From: Rebecca billardiae RCC1528
Taxonomy: Eukaryota > Protista > Haptophyta
Direction: 5' to 3'
NCBI GenBank assembly: GCA_965240325.2
Contig: OZ251245.1
Span: forward strand, 434,001-498,000
Length of the DNA: 64,000 bases
How positions within the stretch are numbered: the first letter of the stretch is position 1; each line of letters starts with the position of its first letter. Made by a program: the position numbers and the translations under genes. Shown here in pieces: positions 1 through 12,191 of the stretch. The notes below the pieces were generated by a model. It had not been told where the DNA came from. It worked only from the letters and a program-made list of their open reading frames with translations, and did not search any database.

Positions 1-136
1 GATATAGACTATTCGATATATCGTCATCAGTGGCGCGGCCAATCGCGGCGCGGGCGTCGTCGAGCAGTAGGAATAGTACGCCGACTCGGCCTCGGGCTGC
101 TCGGCAGTGCTGCGCGACTGCTGCGGCCGTGCCTTG

Positions 137-1090
137 TCACTGACGCGAGGGTGGCCGCCCAAGCAGCCGGTCGATGACCGGGTCGATCCGACGTCGGATC
201 GCGCGGCGCATCGAGTCCTTCGCCGCGCGCCAGAGCATGCTGCCAATCAGCCCGCTCGCCTGCCGCATCGCCTGCCGCGCCGCCTCCTGCTGCTGCCGCA
301 TCGCCGCCTCCGTCTCCGGATCCATGGAGGCGCGCCGCGCGCCGCCGCCGCCGCCGCCGCCAAAGCCAAACGGCCCACTATCAAAGCCACTTTTACCAGC
401 GCCGAGCACCTGCTCGTGCACCTCGACGTGCGTCTTGCCGTCCGGCCCGACGGTGCGCGTGGTCGTGCGCACCACGCGCTCGCCCTTCTCGTTGGTGGTC
501 ATCTCCTGCATGACCGACTTGGCCGTGCCGCCGCCAAAGCCGCCGCCGTGCCCTCCAAAGCCCCTGGGCCCGGCGCCGAAGCCGCCGCGGCCGGAACGCT
601 GCTGTCGCTCCATCTCGCGCATGAGGTTGTCGATGTTCCCAAAGTGCGAGCCGAAGATCTCCTCGAACATCCGCCGAGCCTCCTCGTCGCTCGCGAAGCC
701 GCCGCCGCGGCCGAACGGGTGACCGCCCGAACCGCCGCGGCCGCCGCCGCCAAAGCCGCGCCCCTCGCCAAAGGGCGTGCGCGCGCCGCCGCCGCCGCCG
801 CCGCCTTCGGACAAGGTGCGGTACGCCTCGCTGATCTCCTTGAACTTCTCCGACGCCTTCTCGTCACCCGGGTTCCGGTCTGGGTGATACTTGAGCGCCA
901 GCTTGCGGTACGCCGACTTGAGCTCGTCCGCGCTCGCGCCGGGCTTGACGCCGAGCACAGCGTACGGCGAGCGCGTGGAGCTGAGCGCGCGGATCGGCGC
1001 GAGCAGGCGCGGGCGCTCGGCGCTCACGGCGTGCGCCCTCGGGGCCCGCAGCCGGAGCGCACCCGGCGCGCGTGAGAGGAAGCGCAGCAT
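137..1090 (-). CDS. J-domain (DnaJ/Hsp40, class B-like) protein, probably mitochondrion-targeted
   Basis: ATG at 1090 ([15 protein letters not shown]..., an Arg/Ala/Leu-rich presequence). J-domain SPYAVLGV...[17 protein letters not shown] with the HPD motif, then a G/F-rich region. No zinc finger. Confidence 0.9.
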   Translation of the reverse strand: MLRFLSRAPGALRLRAPRAHAVSAERPRLLAPIRALSSTRSPYAVLGVKPGASADELKSAYRKLALKYHPDRNPGDEKASEKFKEISEAYRTLSEGGGGGGGARTPFGEGRGFGGGGRGGSGGHPFGRGGGFASDEEARRMFEEIFGSHFGNIDNLMREMERQQRSGRGGFGAGPRGFGGHGGGFGGGTAKSVMQEMTTNEKGERVVRTTTRTVGPDGKTHVEVHEQVLGAGKSGFDSGPFGFGGGGGGGARRASMDPETEAAMRQQQEAARQAMRQASGLIGSMLWRAAKDSMRRAIRRRIDPVIDRLLGRPPSRQ

Positions 1091-1223
1091 ATGTTCGTGC
1101 GTCTGGCGGACGTCGCGGCCCGTGGCGTGCGCTGCTCTGGATCCAGGATGGCTGCCCGCGCTTTTTTGAAAGCGGGAGGGAAGTCGGCGGCGCTCTCGAC
1201 CGGCTTGGGCCTCCTCGGCTGCG
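1091..1223. promoter_or_regulatory. Very short divergent intergenic region (putative bidirectional promoter) between J-protein and calpain
   Basis: Head-to-head start codons 133 bp apart; function is inferred. Confidence 0.45.
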
Positions 1224-4200
1224 ATGGCGCCGAGCTGGGCGCCGTCGAGCAACGCGTACACGCCGAGCAAGGCGGCGCCGAGCGCGCTGCCCGGCACGCG
1301 GCGCGGGCCGCCGCCGACGGTGACGCGTCCCGACCTCTTCCCCAAGTCGGCCGACCAGGCGGACCTCCTGCGCACCACGAAGAAGGGCACGCTGTGGACG
1401 GACCCCGACTTCCCGCCGACCAACGCGTCGCTGTTCGGCAAGAGCGGCAAGGGCTCGAGCGGCATGGCGAAGGTGAGCGCGTGGCTCCGGCCAGATGAGT
1501 TCGCGCCGCTGCAGCCCGGCGAGACGCACCGCCTCGTGTACGGCGACGCCGCCGCGGGCGACGTCGTGCAGGGCGGGCTTGGGGATTGCTATCTGCTCGG
1601 CGCGCTCTCGACGGCGGCGGCGAGCCACGTGGACGGGTACTCGCGGCTGAAGCAGAACGTGCTCCCGTCGGACGGCGAGTCGTTCGCCGACCCGCCCGAG
1701 TGGCGCGAGCGCGGCTTCTTCACCTTCCGCTTCTACATCTTCGGCGAGTGGGTGCAGGTGAGCGTCGACACGCTGATTCCGTGCGGCGCGGACCGCCGCC
1801 CGGCGTTCGCGCGCTGCGTCGACCCGCGCGAGCTGTGGGTGCTGTACCTGGAGAAGGCGTACGCCAAGCTGCACGGCTCGTACGCGGCGATCGAGGGCGG
1901 CTCGCTCACCGCCGCGCTCGTCGACCTCACCGGCGGCTTTGCCGAGGAGATCGACCTTCGCTCGCCGAGCGCGCGCGCCGAGGTCGAATCTGGCCGGCTG
2001 TGGCAGCGGCTGCTGCGGTACCAGCGGCTGGGGTACCTGATGGGCTGCGCGGTGACGGTGCCGGGCGGCGAGACGCTCGAGCGCACGCCGGAGAACCTGA
2101 TGCAGAACCACGCGTACGGCATCCTGCTGCACTACGAGCAGCGCGCCACCAACGCCGCCGCCGACGAGGCGGCGCTCCGGCTCGTGAAGATCCGCAACCC
2201 GTGGGGCCAGGGCGAGTGGACGGGCGCGTGGGCGGACGAGGCGGCGGAGTGGCGGAGCGAGACGGGGCGGTACGCGATGCAGCAGCTCGACTACACGTTC
2301 GACGACGACGGCACCTTCTTCATGGAGTTCGCCGACTGCGCCGCGCACATCAACACCGTCTACGTGTGCAAGATCCTGCGAGACGCCGACTGGCACCGCG
2401 CCGAGCTGCACGACGAGTGGAGCACGGCGGCGGGCACGGCGGGCGGCTGCTTCAACTTCCCCACGTGGCGGGCGAACCCGCAGTGGGTGCTGCGCGTGAG
2501 CGAGCCGACGCACGCGCACTTCGTGCTGCTCCAGCCCGACTCGCGCGTCTCGCGCTCCGGCGGCGCCACGCAGTCGCACACCATCGGCATGTACATCATG
2601 CGCGGGCACGAGCGCTTCCTCCGGAGGGTGCTCGTGAATTCGGACGAGATCGATGGCGACGAGATCGTCGACTCGACGGACTTCGTGCTGCGGCGCGAGG
2701 TGTCGTGCAACACGCTGGACGAGGAGGGCGAGATGCCGCTCGTGCCGGGCGTGCCGTACGTGCTCGTGCCCTCGTCCTTCTACCCGCACAAGGATGGCAC
2801 GTTCAAGCTCATCATGTACACGCAGTCTGAGGTGGGCAGCCTGGAGCGCGTGCCGGCGCTGCTGCGGCAGCAGAAGCGCGGGCAGTGGATCGGCCGCTCG
2901 GCGGGCGGGCCGGAGGGCGGGCCCACGTGGAAGCTCAACCCGCAGTTCCTCATGCACGCGCGCGGCGCGTCCGACGACCGCCCTGCGCGGGTCTCCATCG
3001 TTCTCCACCGCCGAGACCCGGACTCCGAGGATCCGGAGGCGGGCGCCAAGGGGGTGAAGCGGAAGGGGCTGGCGGCGGCGGGCGGCGCGGGCGCGGGCTC
3101 CCCCGGCGGCGGGGGTGGCAGCATGTCGCGGCGCGGTGGCGGGAGCACGGGGCTCGCGGGCGCGGCGATGAGCTTTGTCGTCGCACACGCGGACCCGCAG
3201 CATGCGCACCTCGCCGACCGGCGCACGCTGCGCATCCCGAAGCGCGACGTGGTCGACCGCGCCGAGGCGTCGCTCAGCGCCGAGGTGGGCTCGGAGTTCG
3301 TGCTCAAGGAGGCATGCACCTTCGTGATCGTGCCGTCGACGGGGGAGCGCGGGCAGCAGGGCGAGTTCACACTTGACGTGTACTCAGACCAGCAGGTCGT
3401 GCTGGAGGACGTGAAGGAATGGACCGCCAAGACGATCCAGGGCGAGTGGCGCGGCCGCTCGGCGGGCGGCTGCCGCAACACGCAGGCGTGGGTCGCCAAC
3501 CCGATGTACTGGCTGAGCGCGCCCGAGCCCGGCGGCGGCGGCGGCGACCAGTGCGTGGTGCACGGCTTCATCTCGCAGCCGCCGCGTTCGCTCCGCGCCC
3601 CCGAGCCACACGACACGCCCGCGCACGCGCCCGCCGACGCCGAGTCCGGCCAGCCGCCCGGACTCGAGGGCATCGGCTTCTACGTCCTTCCGGACACGGA
3701 CGACCTCGGCACGACGCCGCCCGCCGTCAACTCGGGCTACTACACGGCCGAGGAGGTCGGCGCGGAGTTCAGCCTGAAAGCGGGTGCGCGCGGCGCGCCG
3801 CGCGCGGTCGGAGGGGCGCGAGGGCGCTCGGTCGAGTGCTCTGCGCCGCGCGGCGCGGAGCAGACCCGGCCGGCCGCGCTCACGGAGCCACCGCCCTCGG
3901 TCAATCGCGGCTGTCGCGCGCCGCGCGCGCGCGTGCTGCGCGCGCCCTCGGCCGACGCCCCGGCCGTGCCGTGCCGTCCGCACGCAGGCGCCAGGTACAT
4001 CCTCGTGCCCACGTCGTACCGCAAGGGCTTTGAGTCGGCGTTCAGCGTGCAGCTCTTCTCAGAGGAGCCGCTCGAGTGCAGGCGGCTCAAGCCCGCCGAG
4101 CACGGCAAGCTCGCCAACACGCTGTACGAAGAGTATGCGGCCGGCGTGCTGCAGAGGGTGCGCGCAGCCCAGCCGTGGCCGCCCGCCGCAGCCAGCGGCG

Positions 4201-4606
4201 CGGGCGCATGCGCATCCGCGCGGGGGGAGAGCGCCACCCGCCGCCGCGCGCGTGCGCGCCGCGCCGCCGACTGCGCGCCCATGCGCGCCCCGCGCGCCCA
4301 TCGCCCTCGGCCGCGCGCGCGGCGCAGGCGTGGGCGCGCTACCTGATCCGCCGCAGGCTTCGCGACCGCGAAGTGACCCGCGCCAAGGAGATCGCCGTCG
4401 CGTGGTTCTCCAAGCCGTACCGGCACTCGGAGGAGGGGTACAAGGACCTCAACTTTGCGATCAACGCGCTCGAGGCGGCGTTCATCCAGCTCACGGGCGA
4501 CCCGAGCGCGCACGGCCGCTTCTTCCCGCGCATGCGCGGAAGGATCAAGGAGCGCGGGCTCAAGATCGCGGACTACGACATGGTGCTGCCTGGGCCGCAG
4601 GAGTGA
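1224..4606 (+). CDS. Calpain-family cysteine protease (CysPc + repeated domain-III/C2-like modules + C-terminal IQ-like motif); exons 1224-3783, 3988-4157, 4328-4606
   Basis: WTDPDFPP; catalytic triad [23 protein letters not shown]; three domain-III starts (W..TAGGC..F..NPQW, W.GRSAGG...NPQF, W.GRSAGGC...NPMY). GT-AG introns 3784-3987 and 4158-4327 restore a continuous frame. Confidence 0.9.
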
Positions 4607-4872
4607 TGCCGACCGACCGGGGCAGTCCGTAGTACCAACGGTACGCGTACTACTAGTAGTACACGACCGAATGGCGGACGCGACTCGCGAGCCGCGGGCC
4701 AAGCCGCAAGCGCCAGCGGCGAGCGGCGCAGTCTTAGTCGTCACGTGCTACTGAGTAGTATTACTACTATAGCAGTATACTGTACAGTGAGCGCTAGTAC
4801 TGACCAGTGACCATGACGGATGTCGGATTGACGCGACGACGCCGGACAGTCTACTGACTATACTCACTATAT

Positions 4873-6590
4873 TAGGGGGGCCAAACCGCTCATTAAAAAA
4901 AGAAAATCAAAGCCGCGGCGCATTTTCGCTCCTCCCTCGGCCTTTTAGGGTGGCGCGGAGCCTTTTTCTCGGACCCCGCTCGAAAATCGAGCTCCGACGC
5001 GTTCGGGCGCTCAGAGCTCGGTTCCGCTCGAGCACGAGCGGCCGGAGGCAGTGGACCGCCGCGCGCTCGCGTCCCATGAGACGCCGATATGGTCTCGGGA
5101 GCGCGCGCGCGTGACGCTGGTGGGCGCTTCTGACCCTTGTCTTTGCGCCACCAGCGGCTCACCACCCGGTTCTTGGCCACCTCGCGCCGTGCGCGGCGCG
5201 CGTCGGCCGGCTTGAATTGGTGCGCTGCGTACGCCCGTCACGCTACCGCTCCTTGTGGCTCAAGATCAACTCGCCCCGGGGAGATCGATGCTCGCCCCGA
5301 GTGTTCATGTGTATCCGTGGATGCCCAGCTCGCCTAACCTGCCCTGCTGCGCCGGAATCGCCGTCAGCAGACCTGCGCGAGCTCGCGCGCAACACCTCCG
5401 CGGAGCCCGCAACTGTCATGTTCCGCTCGTAGGGCCCGTGTTTGCACCTGCCGTGGCACTGGCGATGGTCAGCACGTTGGGTATGGGTCATGCGTGCCCC
5501 CAGATGGCGTCGGGGCGCCTCCCATTCGCCTCTCAGGACGTTGCGGACGTGCTCGCAGGCAGCGGTTGGCTCATTCGACAGGCCTCCGACGTGCACTCGA
5601 CCGTGCCTACAAGCGCGCCCCTGTGACGCGCATGCCTGCAGAAGCAGACGCAGATGGGCCTCCATGCACGTGGTGCGCCCAAGACCGGCGGGAGCGTCAG
5701 AGATCGTCTCAATCTTGACACCTTGCACACGCCGGCGCTTGCCATTGGGCTCCGCGCAGCCAGCCAGGAGCGCCGAACAGCGCCGGATCAGCCTCTGTAG
5801 GCCGAATATCCGCCCCAACGCCCAGAAATAGCGCGGAACAGGGTAGGGCGTACATATATGGACCGATCCCATCCGGCCTGGTTTGGTGCAGAGACGCCAG
5901 CCACCACCTGGAGCAGGCGTTTGCTGCCGAATCGCATGCTCGGCACTGTGCCGCACTGCGATGACGACAGATTTGACCTGCCTCGTAGGTCTCGGCCATG
6001 GAGCGGTGACGGTTGGCTCGAGTGACTTTAAACCTTGATTATGACCGAGAGTACTCCCGGGCTGAGGACATGGGGCCGGTGCTTTGGGTCTACTATGTCT
6101 GCAATACGCCGTACGCGTGGCCGTATACACAGTCTGAAAACGTATCTCGCGGCTCGAGATCAGACGAGACTGTATTCATCAGCATGGCGTCTATATACAC
6201 GGTGGGTATGTAACGACCAGTGGCTTCCGGGAAACTACGTGTTTGACAGCCTGCCAGTACACAGCTTATATCGCATGTTGGGACCTGCTGCTGCTGGGGA
6301 CTCAGAACGATCTCGCCGAGATGCTCTATCAAAGTGAAGTCGACATGGTCTATATGTCACATATAAGACAGCCGTTACATGCCGTTTCCAATAAGTTCAG
6401 GCTCATTCTAATAAGTAAATATGCTAGCCGTTACGCCCTATATTCAGGGTATGTGCACCTGCTTTTTTTACTTGGCTGGCCCAGACCCCTCCAGAGGGCA
6501 TATGATCCAGCCCCAATTCAGCGCTAAACACTCGCTAGGACCAGCGCTCGTAGCCGTCAGTCACGTCACAGTGCCACTTTGGCCCCCCTG
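4873..6590. mobile_element. Non-autonomous TIR DNA transposon (hAT/Ac-like termini), about 1.7 kb
   Basis: Left end TAGGGGGGCCAAA (4873-4885), right end TTTGGCCCCCCTG (6578-6590). ACTATAT is duplicated on both sides (4866-4872, 6591-6597). The interior is lower in GC and has no recognisable transposase. Confidence 0.7.
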
Positions 6591-7256
6591 ACTATATACT
6601 ACGCATCAGTGTTTTATATATAGTCTACTACTACAGACTACTACGACTACTAGTAGCGCAGCAGTACTTATTACTCGTCAGTACTACTCTATTGTCTCTA
6701 TTATCTAAGACTACTGCCAGTACTGACTCTAACTCGTAGTCAGATGCGGATCGACGGATGGCCCGCCGCCGGGCTCGGGCCTCGGCGTGACGCTGACCGC
6801 GCTTAGAACGCACTCGGCACTGCGCTTATACTGATGACGCGACTACATTTATACACATGCAGCAGGCAGTTATACAGCCCGGTGCGGTGGGCACTCGCCG
6901 TGTGGCCGCCGCCGCGGTCCGGCCGCCGGCGGGCGTCGTCTGTAGTCTGAGTCTCGTCCGAGTGTGAGTCATTGTCTACTGAGTCACGTCATCGTCCGTC
7001 GGCGTCACTCCGTGACCGTCAGTCGGGCCATAAGCTAGACTGTAGTAGGAGTCACTCACACGACACTCAGTACTCACTACACAGTACACACTAGTCACTA
7101 CACTGACTGTACTGTCTGTACACAGCCACAGGCTGACACAGGGCCAGGCTGAGCCTGACGGTGAGGCAGGCGAGAGTGACGCCCGCCCGAGGCCCCGCCC
7201 GGCGCCCATGAATTTGTCACCGTTTGTGCCGCGCTTCCGGCGGCCTCCGCCGCGCA

Positions 7257-9707
7257 ATGGAGGCGGCCCGCGAGGCGCTTCCGATCGCGGCGTTCCGCCG
7301 GCCGATCGTGGAGCGGCTGCGCGCGGACGAGCGCGTGCTGCTCGTGCTTGGCGAGACGGGCTCGGGCAAGACGACGCAGCTCGCCCAGTACCTGCTCGAC
7401 GACGGCCTCGTGCCGCCGGGCATGATGGTGGCCGTGACGCAGCCGCGCCGCATCGCCGCGATCACCGCCGCGCGCCGCGTGGCCGAGGAGCGCGGCTCGG
7501 CGGTGGGCGACGAGGTGGCGCACACGGTGCGCTTCGACGACACCTGCTCCGCGCGCACGCGCATCCGCTTCATCACCGACGGCTGCCTCCTCCGCGAGGC
7601 GCTCGACGCGCGCGCGCTCGGACGGTACGCTTGCATCGTGCTCGACGAGGCGCACGAGCGCTCGCTGAGCACGGACGTGCTGTTCGGCCTGCTCCGCCGG
7701 CTGCTGCGCTCGGGCGCGCGGCCCGACCTCCGCCTCGTCGTCGCCTCCGCCACGCTCGACGCCTCCAAGTTCGCCGCCTTCTTCGGCGCGCCGCCGGACG
7801 CGGTCGTGCGCGCGCCCGGCCGCACTCACGCTGTGAGCGTCTTCTATGCGGCGGCGGCGGCGGGCGGCGGCGGGGCGGAGGCGGGGCTGCGCGGCGGCGG
7901 CGGCGGTGCCGGCGGCGCCGAGCCCTCGCGCTACGTCGAGGAGAGCGTCGAGCTCGCGCTGCGGCTGCACGCGCAGTGGCCGGTCGGGCCGAACCACGAT
8001 TTATTAATCTTCCTCACGGGCGCGGATGAAATTGCGCTCGCGTGCGCCGCCCTGGAGGAGCTGGCTCGCGGCGGCGCGGCGGGGGAGAAGGCGCTGCGCG
8101 CCGTGGCGCTGCACGCCGCGCTGCCCTCCGACGCGCACGCCCGCGCCTTCGCGCCCTCCTCCGCCGCGGTGCGCAAGGTCATCGTCGCGACCAACATCGC
8201 CGAGACGAGCGTGACACTCGACGGCGTGCGCGCTGTGATCGACTGCGGCCTCGCAAAGGTGCGCCGGTACGACGCGCGGCGCGGGATGGACGTGCTGGGC
8301 GTCGAGCCGATCTCGAAGGCGTCGGCGCGGCAGCGCGCGGGCCGCGCCGGCCGCACGCGCGCGGGCGAGTGCTACCGCCTCTACACCGAGCGCGAGTACG
8401 CCGAGAACTTTCCGGAAGCTTCCGACCCGGAGATCCGGCGCACGTCGCTCAGCGCCATCTCCCTGTCTCTCAAGGCGATGGGCGAGGCGGACCTGCTCGG
8501 CTTCGACTTCGTGGACCCGCCGCCGCGGCGCGCGCTGCTCGGCGCGCTGCGCGGGCTGCACGCCATCGGCGCCCTCGACGACGCCGGCGCGCCCACGCCG
8601 CTCGGCGCCCGGATCGCGCGGCTGCCCGTCGACCCCAGACTTGGCGCGGCGCTCGACGCGGCGGCGGCGCTCGGCTGTCTCGAGCAGATGGCGACGGTGG
8701 CGGCCATGCTGAGCGGGGAGGAGCCGTTCGTGCGCCGCGCGCCCGGCGCGGGCGCCGGCGTGCGCGGCACGCCGGGCGCGCACGACGCGCCGGAGCTCAC
8801 GCCGCTCGCGCGCGCGCGCGCGCGCATGCTCGCCGAGGCGGCGGCGGCGGCCGCCGCCGGCGACGCGGGCGGCGCGGCCGCGGCAGGCGGCGTGCAGTGC
8901 GCAGACCAGCTGCTGCTGCTGCGGCTGTACGAGCGCTGGGCGGCGCTGGGCGGCGCGCGCGGCGCGCAGGACGCGTGGGCGCGCGAGTGGGGCGTGCACG
9001 CGCGCGCCATGCGCGCCGCGCGCGACGTGCGCGCACAGCTGCTCGAGCTCGCGCGCCGCGCCGGCCTGCGCGCCGACCGACCGGCCGCGGCCGCGGCGCC
9101 GCCGTGGCAGCCGGCGGCGAGCGCGCCCGCGGCGGCCGCCGAGGCGGAGCCGCTCGAGCGCCGGCTGCGCCGCGCGCTGTGCGCGGGGTACTTTGCGAAC
9201 GCGGCGCGCCGCGTCGGCACGGCCGGCATGTGCGTCGCGCTCGCCTCCGAGGGCGGCGGCGCCGCGGGCGGCGGCGGCGGCGCGGGCGGCGACGCGGGCG
9301 CGCGCGGCGGCGGCGCGCTCGTGCATGCGCCCCCGGACTCTGAGCCGGTTTTGTCCGGTAGCCTCTGCTTCGTGTACCACGAGCTGGTGTGGACGGGCTC
9401 GGCGGTGATGCGGTACGTGTGCCGCGTCGAGGAGCGCTGGCTCGAGGCACCGCTCGCGCGCCTCGCCGCGCCCGTGGACGCGCTCGTGCTCGCCGGCGCG
9501 CGCCGCGCGGAGCGTGCGGCGGCGGACGTGCGCGCGCCAGCTGCCGGCGTCAAGCGGCGCGCGGCCGGCGCGGACGGGGTTGGTGGTGCAGAGCGCGAGC
9601 GCGGCTCGGGGGCCGACGCGGGTGGCGATGGTGCGCAGCGGCGCAACGCGGACGACCGCGTCGCGGCAGCGCGCGCGCGCTTCTTGCAGCGGGCCGCGGC
9701 GCGGTGA
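7257..9707 (+). CDS. DHX40: DEAH-box RNA helicase, DHX40-like
   Basis: GETGSGKTTQ, TQPRRIAA, DEAH, SAT, TNIAETSVT, QRAGRAGR and an HA2 region. The C-terminal RRNADDRVAAARARFLQR resembles the DHX40 tail as recalled. Intronless; ATG at 7257. Confidence 0.85.
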   Translation: MEAAREALPIAAFRRPIVERLRADERVLLVLGETGSGKTTQLAQYLLDDGLVPPGMMVAVTQPRRIAAITAARRVAEERGSAVGDEVAHTVRFDDTCSARTRIRFITDGCLLREALDARALGRYACIVLDEAHERSLSTDVLFGLLRRLLRSGARPDLRLVVASATLDASKFAAFFGAPPDAVVRAPGRTHAVSVFYAAAAAGGGGAEAGLRGGGGGAGGAEPSRYVEESVELALRLHAQWPVGPNHDLLIFLTGADEIALACAALEELARGGAAGEKALRAVALHAALPSDAHARAFAPSSAAVRKVIVATNIAETSVTLDGVRAVIDCGLAKVRRYDARRGMDVLGVEPISKASARQRAGRAGRTRAGECYRLYTEREYAENFPEASDPEIRRTSLSAISLSLKAMGEADLLGFDFVDPPPRRALLGALRGLHAIGALDDAGAPTPLGARIARLPVDPRLGAALDAAAALGCLEQMATVAAMLSGEEPFVRRAPGAGAGVRGTPGAHDAPELTPLARARARMLAEAAAAAAAGDAGGAAAAGGVQCADQLLLLRLYERWAALGGARGAQDAWAREWGVHARAMRAARDVRAQLLELARRAGLRADRPAAAAAPPWQPAASAPAAAAEAEPLERRLRRALCAGYFANAARRVGTAGMCVALASEGGGAAGGGGGAGGDAGARGGGALVHAPPDSEPVLSGSLCFVYHELVWTGSAVMRYVCRVEERWLEAPLARLAAPVDALVLAGARRAERAAADVRAPAAGVKRRAAGADGVGGAERERGSGADAGGDGAQRRNADDRVAAARARFLQRAAAR

Positions 9708-10112
9708 CACTTGCGGCAGCACGCCACCCCATTTCGAGTGATGAGGGCGAGGCTCAGCCGGACCGGGAGGTGAGGGCAAACGCCAAACGGCCGCGGCGCA
9801 TCAGGACGTTTCAGCTTGCTGCGCTATTTTCGGCGCCTGATTGAAAGCCGTTCATCGGCGCTGGAGAACCCGAAAGCGAAGCTTGCTCATTGCGTCATTG
9901 GTCGGCCGTACATAGCAGTGAGTATATCATTACCCACATGTATGATAAACCCTCGTCGCGCCGCGCGCGACTCACAAGTGCTTTTTTTGCGCCGAACCGC
10001 TTCCCGAACGACGGGCGCACTAGCAGCGCGGAATTCGACACAGCGCCGCTGGGCGCCGGCCTCGTCGGGCTTGCCGTGTGCTGCGGACCGGTTCGCCGCG
10101 GCGTCGAGCGCG

Positions 10113-12191
10113 ATGGGGCGGCGCAAGATCATCATCGAGAAGATCACCAACGAGCGCCACCGCCAGGTCACCTTCATGAAGCGCAAGAATGGGCTGATCA
10201 AGAAGGCGACCGAATTGAGCGTGCTGTGCGACTGCGACGTCGGGCTGATCATCTTCTCGAACAACCGGAAGCTGTACCTCTACTCGTCGAAGGACATCAA
10301 CGAGCTGCTCGTGCAGTACACCGAGTACACGGGCATGCCCGAGGTGCGCACCAACGAGGACTACTTCCGCGAGGCGATGAAGAAGTCGAAGAAGGACGAC
10401 GAGGACGATGACGACGACGACGACGACGACGACGAGCCGGGCAAGGGCGGGCCCGCGGGGCCGGCGGACGCGGGGCTGGGCGTGCCGCCTCATCCCGCGC
10501 AGCAGCACTCGCCGTACGGCGTGCCGCCCGCGCAGGGCGGCTATGGCGTGCCGCCGTACGCGCCGCCGCCCGGGCAGCAGCCGCCGACGCCCGGCCACGG
10601 GCAGGGCCACCCGCAGGGGCAGCCGGTGTACGCGCCCGTGGGGTACGGGCGGCACGGCTACGCACCCGGGCTGCCCTCGCCGCACGCCCACCGCCCGCCC
10701 ATCGCGCAGGGCCACCCGGGCGTCGCGCACGGGTACGCGCAGCCGGCGGGCGGGCCTTACTCTGCGTCGCCCGTGCTACCGCCTCACCTGCCTCATCACT
10801 TTGCCCACGCCGAGCCGGCGCACTACGCGGAGCACGGCGGCGTGGGCGGCGCGGGCGAGACGCCGCCCCTCTCCGGCGGCTCCGCGCACACGCGCTCCGG
10901 CTCGGGCAAGAACAAGAAGGGCCTGTCGATCAACGTGCCGCAGACGGCACCCGGCGCGACGCCGTCGCCATCGGCAGGCAGCGGCGGTGTGCGGGCCACG
11001 CCGCTCAGTGACCCGGGGGGCCAGATGGCGGACGGCGGCGAGGCGGGGATGCAGTACCTGCCGCCGGCGGAGTCGATGCCGCCGCCCTCGAGGCTGCCCG
11101 CCGCCAGCCGGGCAGCCGCGGCAGCCGCCCACCCGCAGTACGCGCCGGCCATGCCGCTGCAGGCCCAGGTGGCGGGTGGCGTCGCAGCCATGGGCCAGCC
11201 TGTGATGGGCTCTCACAACGTACGGGCGGCGCGAGGGCGCGCGCGCGGAGGGGCGAGGGCTCGCGCCGCGCCGGGGCTGCCGCCCGCTGATGTCAAACCA
11301 CGCACCACTGGCGCGATGGACCGTGACGAGCGCACACCTTAGTCGGATTCGCTCTGAGGGCGGCGGGCCGGGCGGCGAGCGAGGCCGCGGGGTTGGCGGT
11401 GGCGGGGGCGCGGCGCGGCGCGCGACTGCTCACACGCACCCCCCCCCCGCGCGCGCGCGCACGCGCGTCCCCGCCGGCGTGCGCGCGCGTGCGTGCCGCG
11501 CGCGCGGCCCCGCCTCCGCGCGCCGCACGCGCAGGAGCAGCCGCCCGTCACGCCGCTCGCGCAGTTCCTGCTGCAGGGCGGCGACACTTCGAATATGCTC
11601 AACCAGCAAGCCATGGCTGCCGCGGCGTATTGGGCGCACCACGGGGGCGGCGCGCACCCGCCCGCGGCTGGGACGCCGGTGGCGGGGACGCCGGTGGGCG
11701 GCGGCGCGCACGCGGCGTACGGCGTGCCGCACTCCTCGGCAATACCGATGCCCCCGGGCGCGCCGCAGCACGCGCAGCACCTTGCGCGTGGAGGCGCGCA
11801 CGCACCCGGGGGCCCGCAGCCGTCAACGCCCACAATGGCTATGGTGCTCACGCCGTCCGGAGCGTTTTCGCAGCCGGGCTCGGCGCTCTCGCCGCTGCCG
11901 CCAAAGCTGCCAGAGACGCCGATGTCGGCGTTCTACGCCGCGGGGCCGGGGGCAGCAGGGTGCGCGCGCCGCCGCCCGCGCTCCGCGCGCCGCGGCGCGC
12001 GCATGCTCGCACGCTGACGCGCAATGCGTGCGCGCGCGCGCGCGCGCCGCGTGCGTGCGGCGCGCAGGGCGCCAATGCCGGGCGGCGCCGAGGGCGGCGG
12101 CGCGGGCGGTGGCGGCGGCGGCGAGCACAATGGCGCAGCGCGTGGGGGCGAGCGCGAGCAGGGGGAAGCGAAGCGTAGGCGAGGGACGTGA
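10113..12191 (+). CDS. MEF2: MEF2-type MADS-box transcription factor; exons 10113-11219, 11535-11959, 12068-12191
   Basis: MGRRKIIIEKITNERHRQVTFMKRKNGLIKKATELSVLCDC plus MEF2 subdomain (LLVQYTEY...RTNED), poly-Asp tract, Pro/Gly/His/Gln-rich region and a basic C-terminal KRRR after splicing. The GT-AG introns are frame-consistent. Confidence 0.88.

Noticed and set aside
864-3209. Long antisense or alternate-frame ORFs (also 8004-9779, 42769-45237, 51235-55041, 52956-55691 and others)
   Set aside because: They are Arg/Ala/Gly-rich shadows of real GC3-biased genes and carry no domain motifs.
9816-10112. Upstream ORF extensions (MADS from 9816, J-protein from 1465, SGNH from 42263)
   Set aside because: These use non-ATG or implausible starts. 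MADS domains start at MGR, the J-protein extension overlaps calpain, and the SGNH extension runs into a foldback element.
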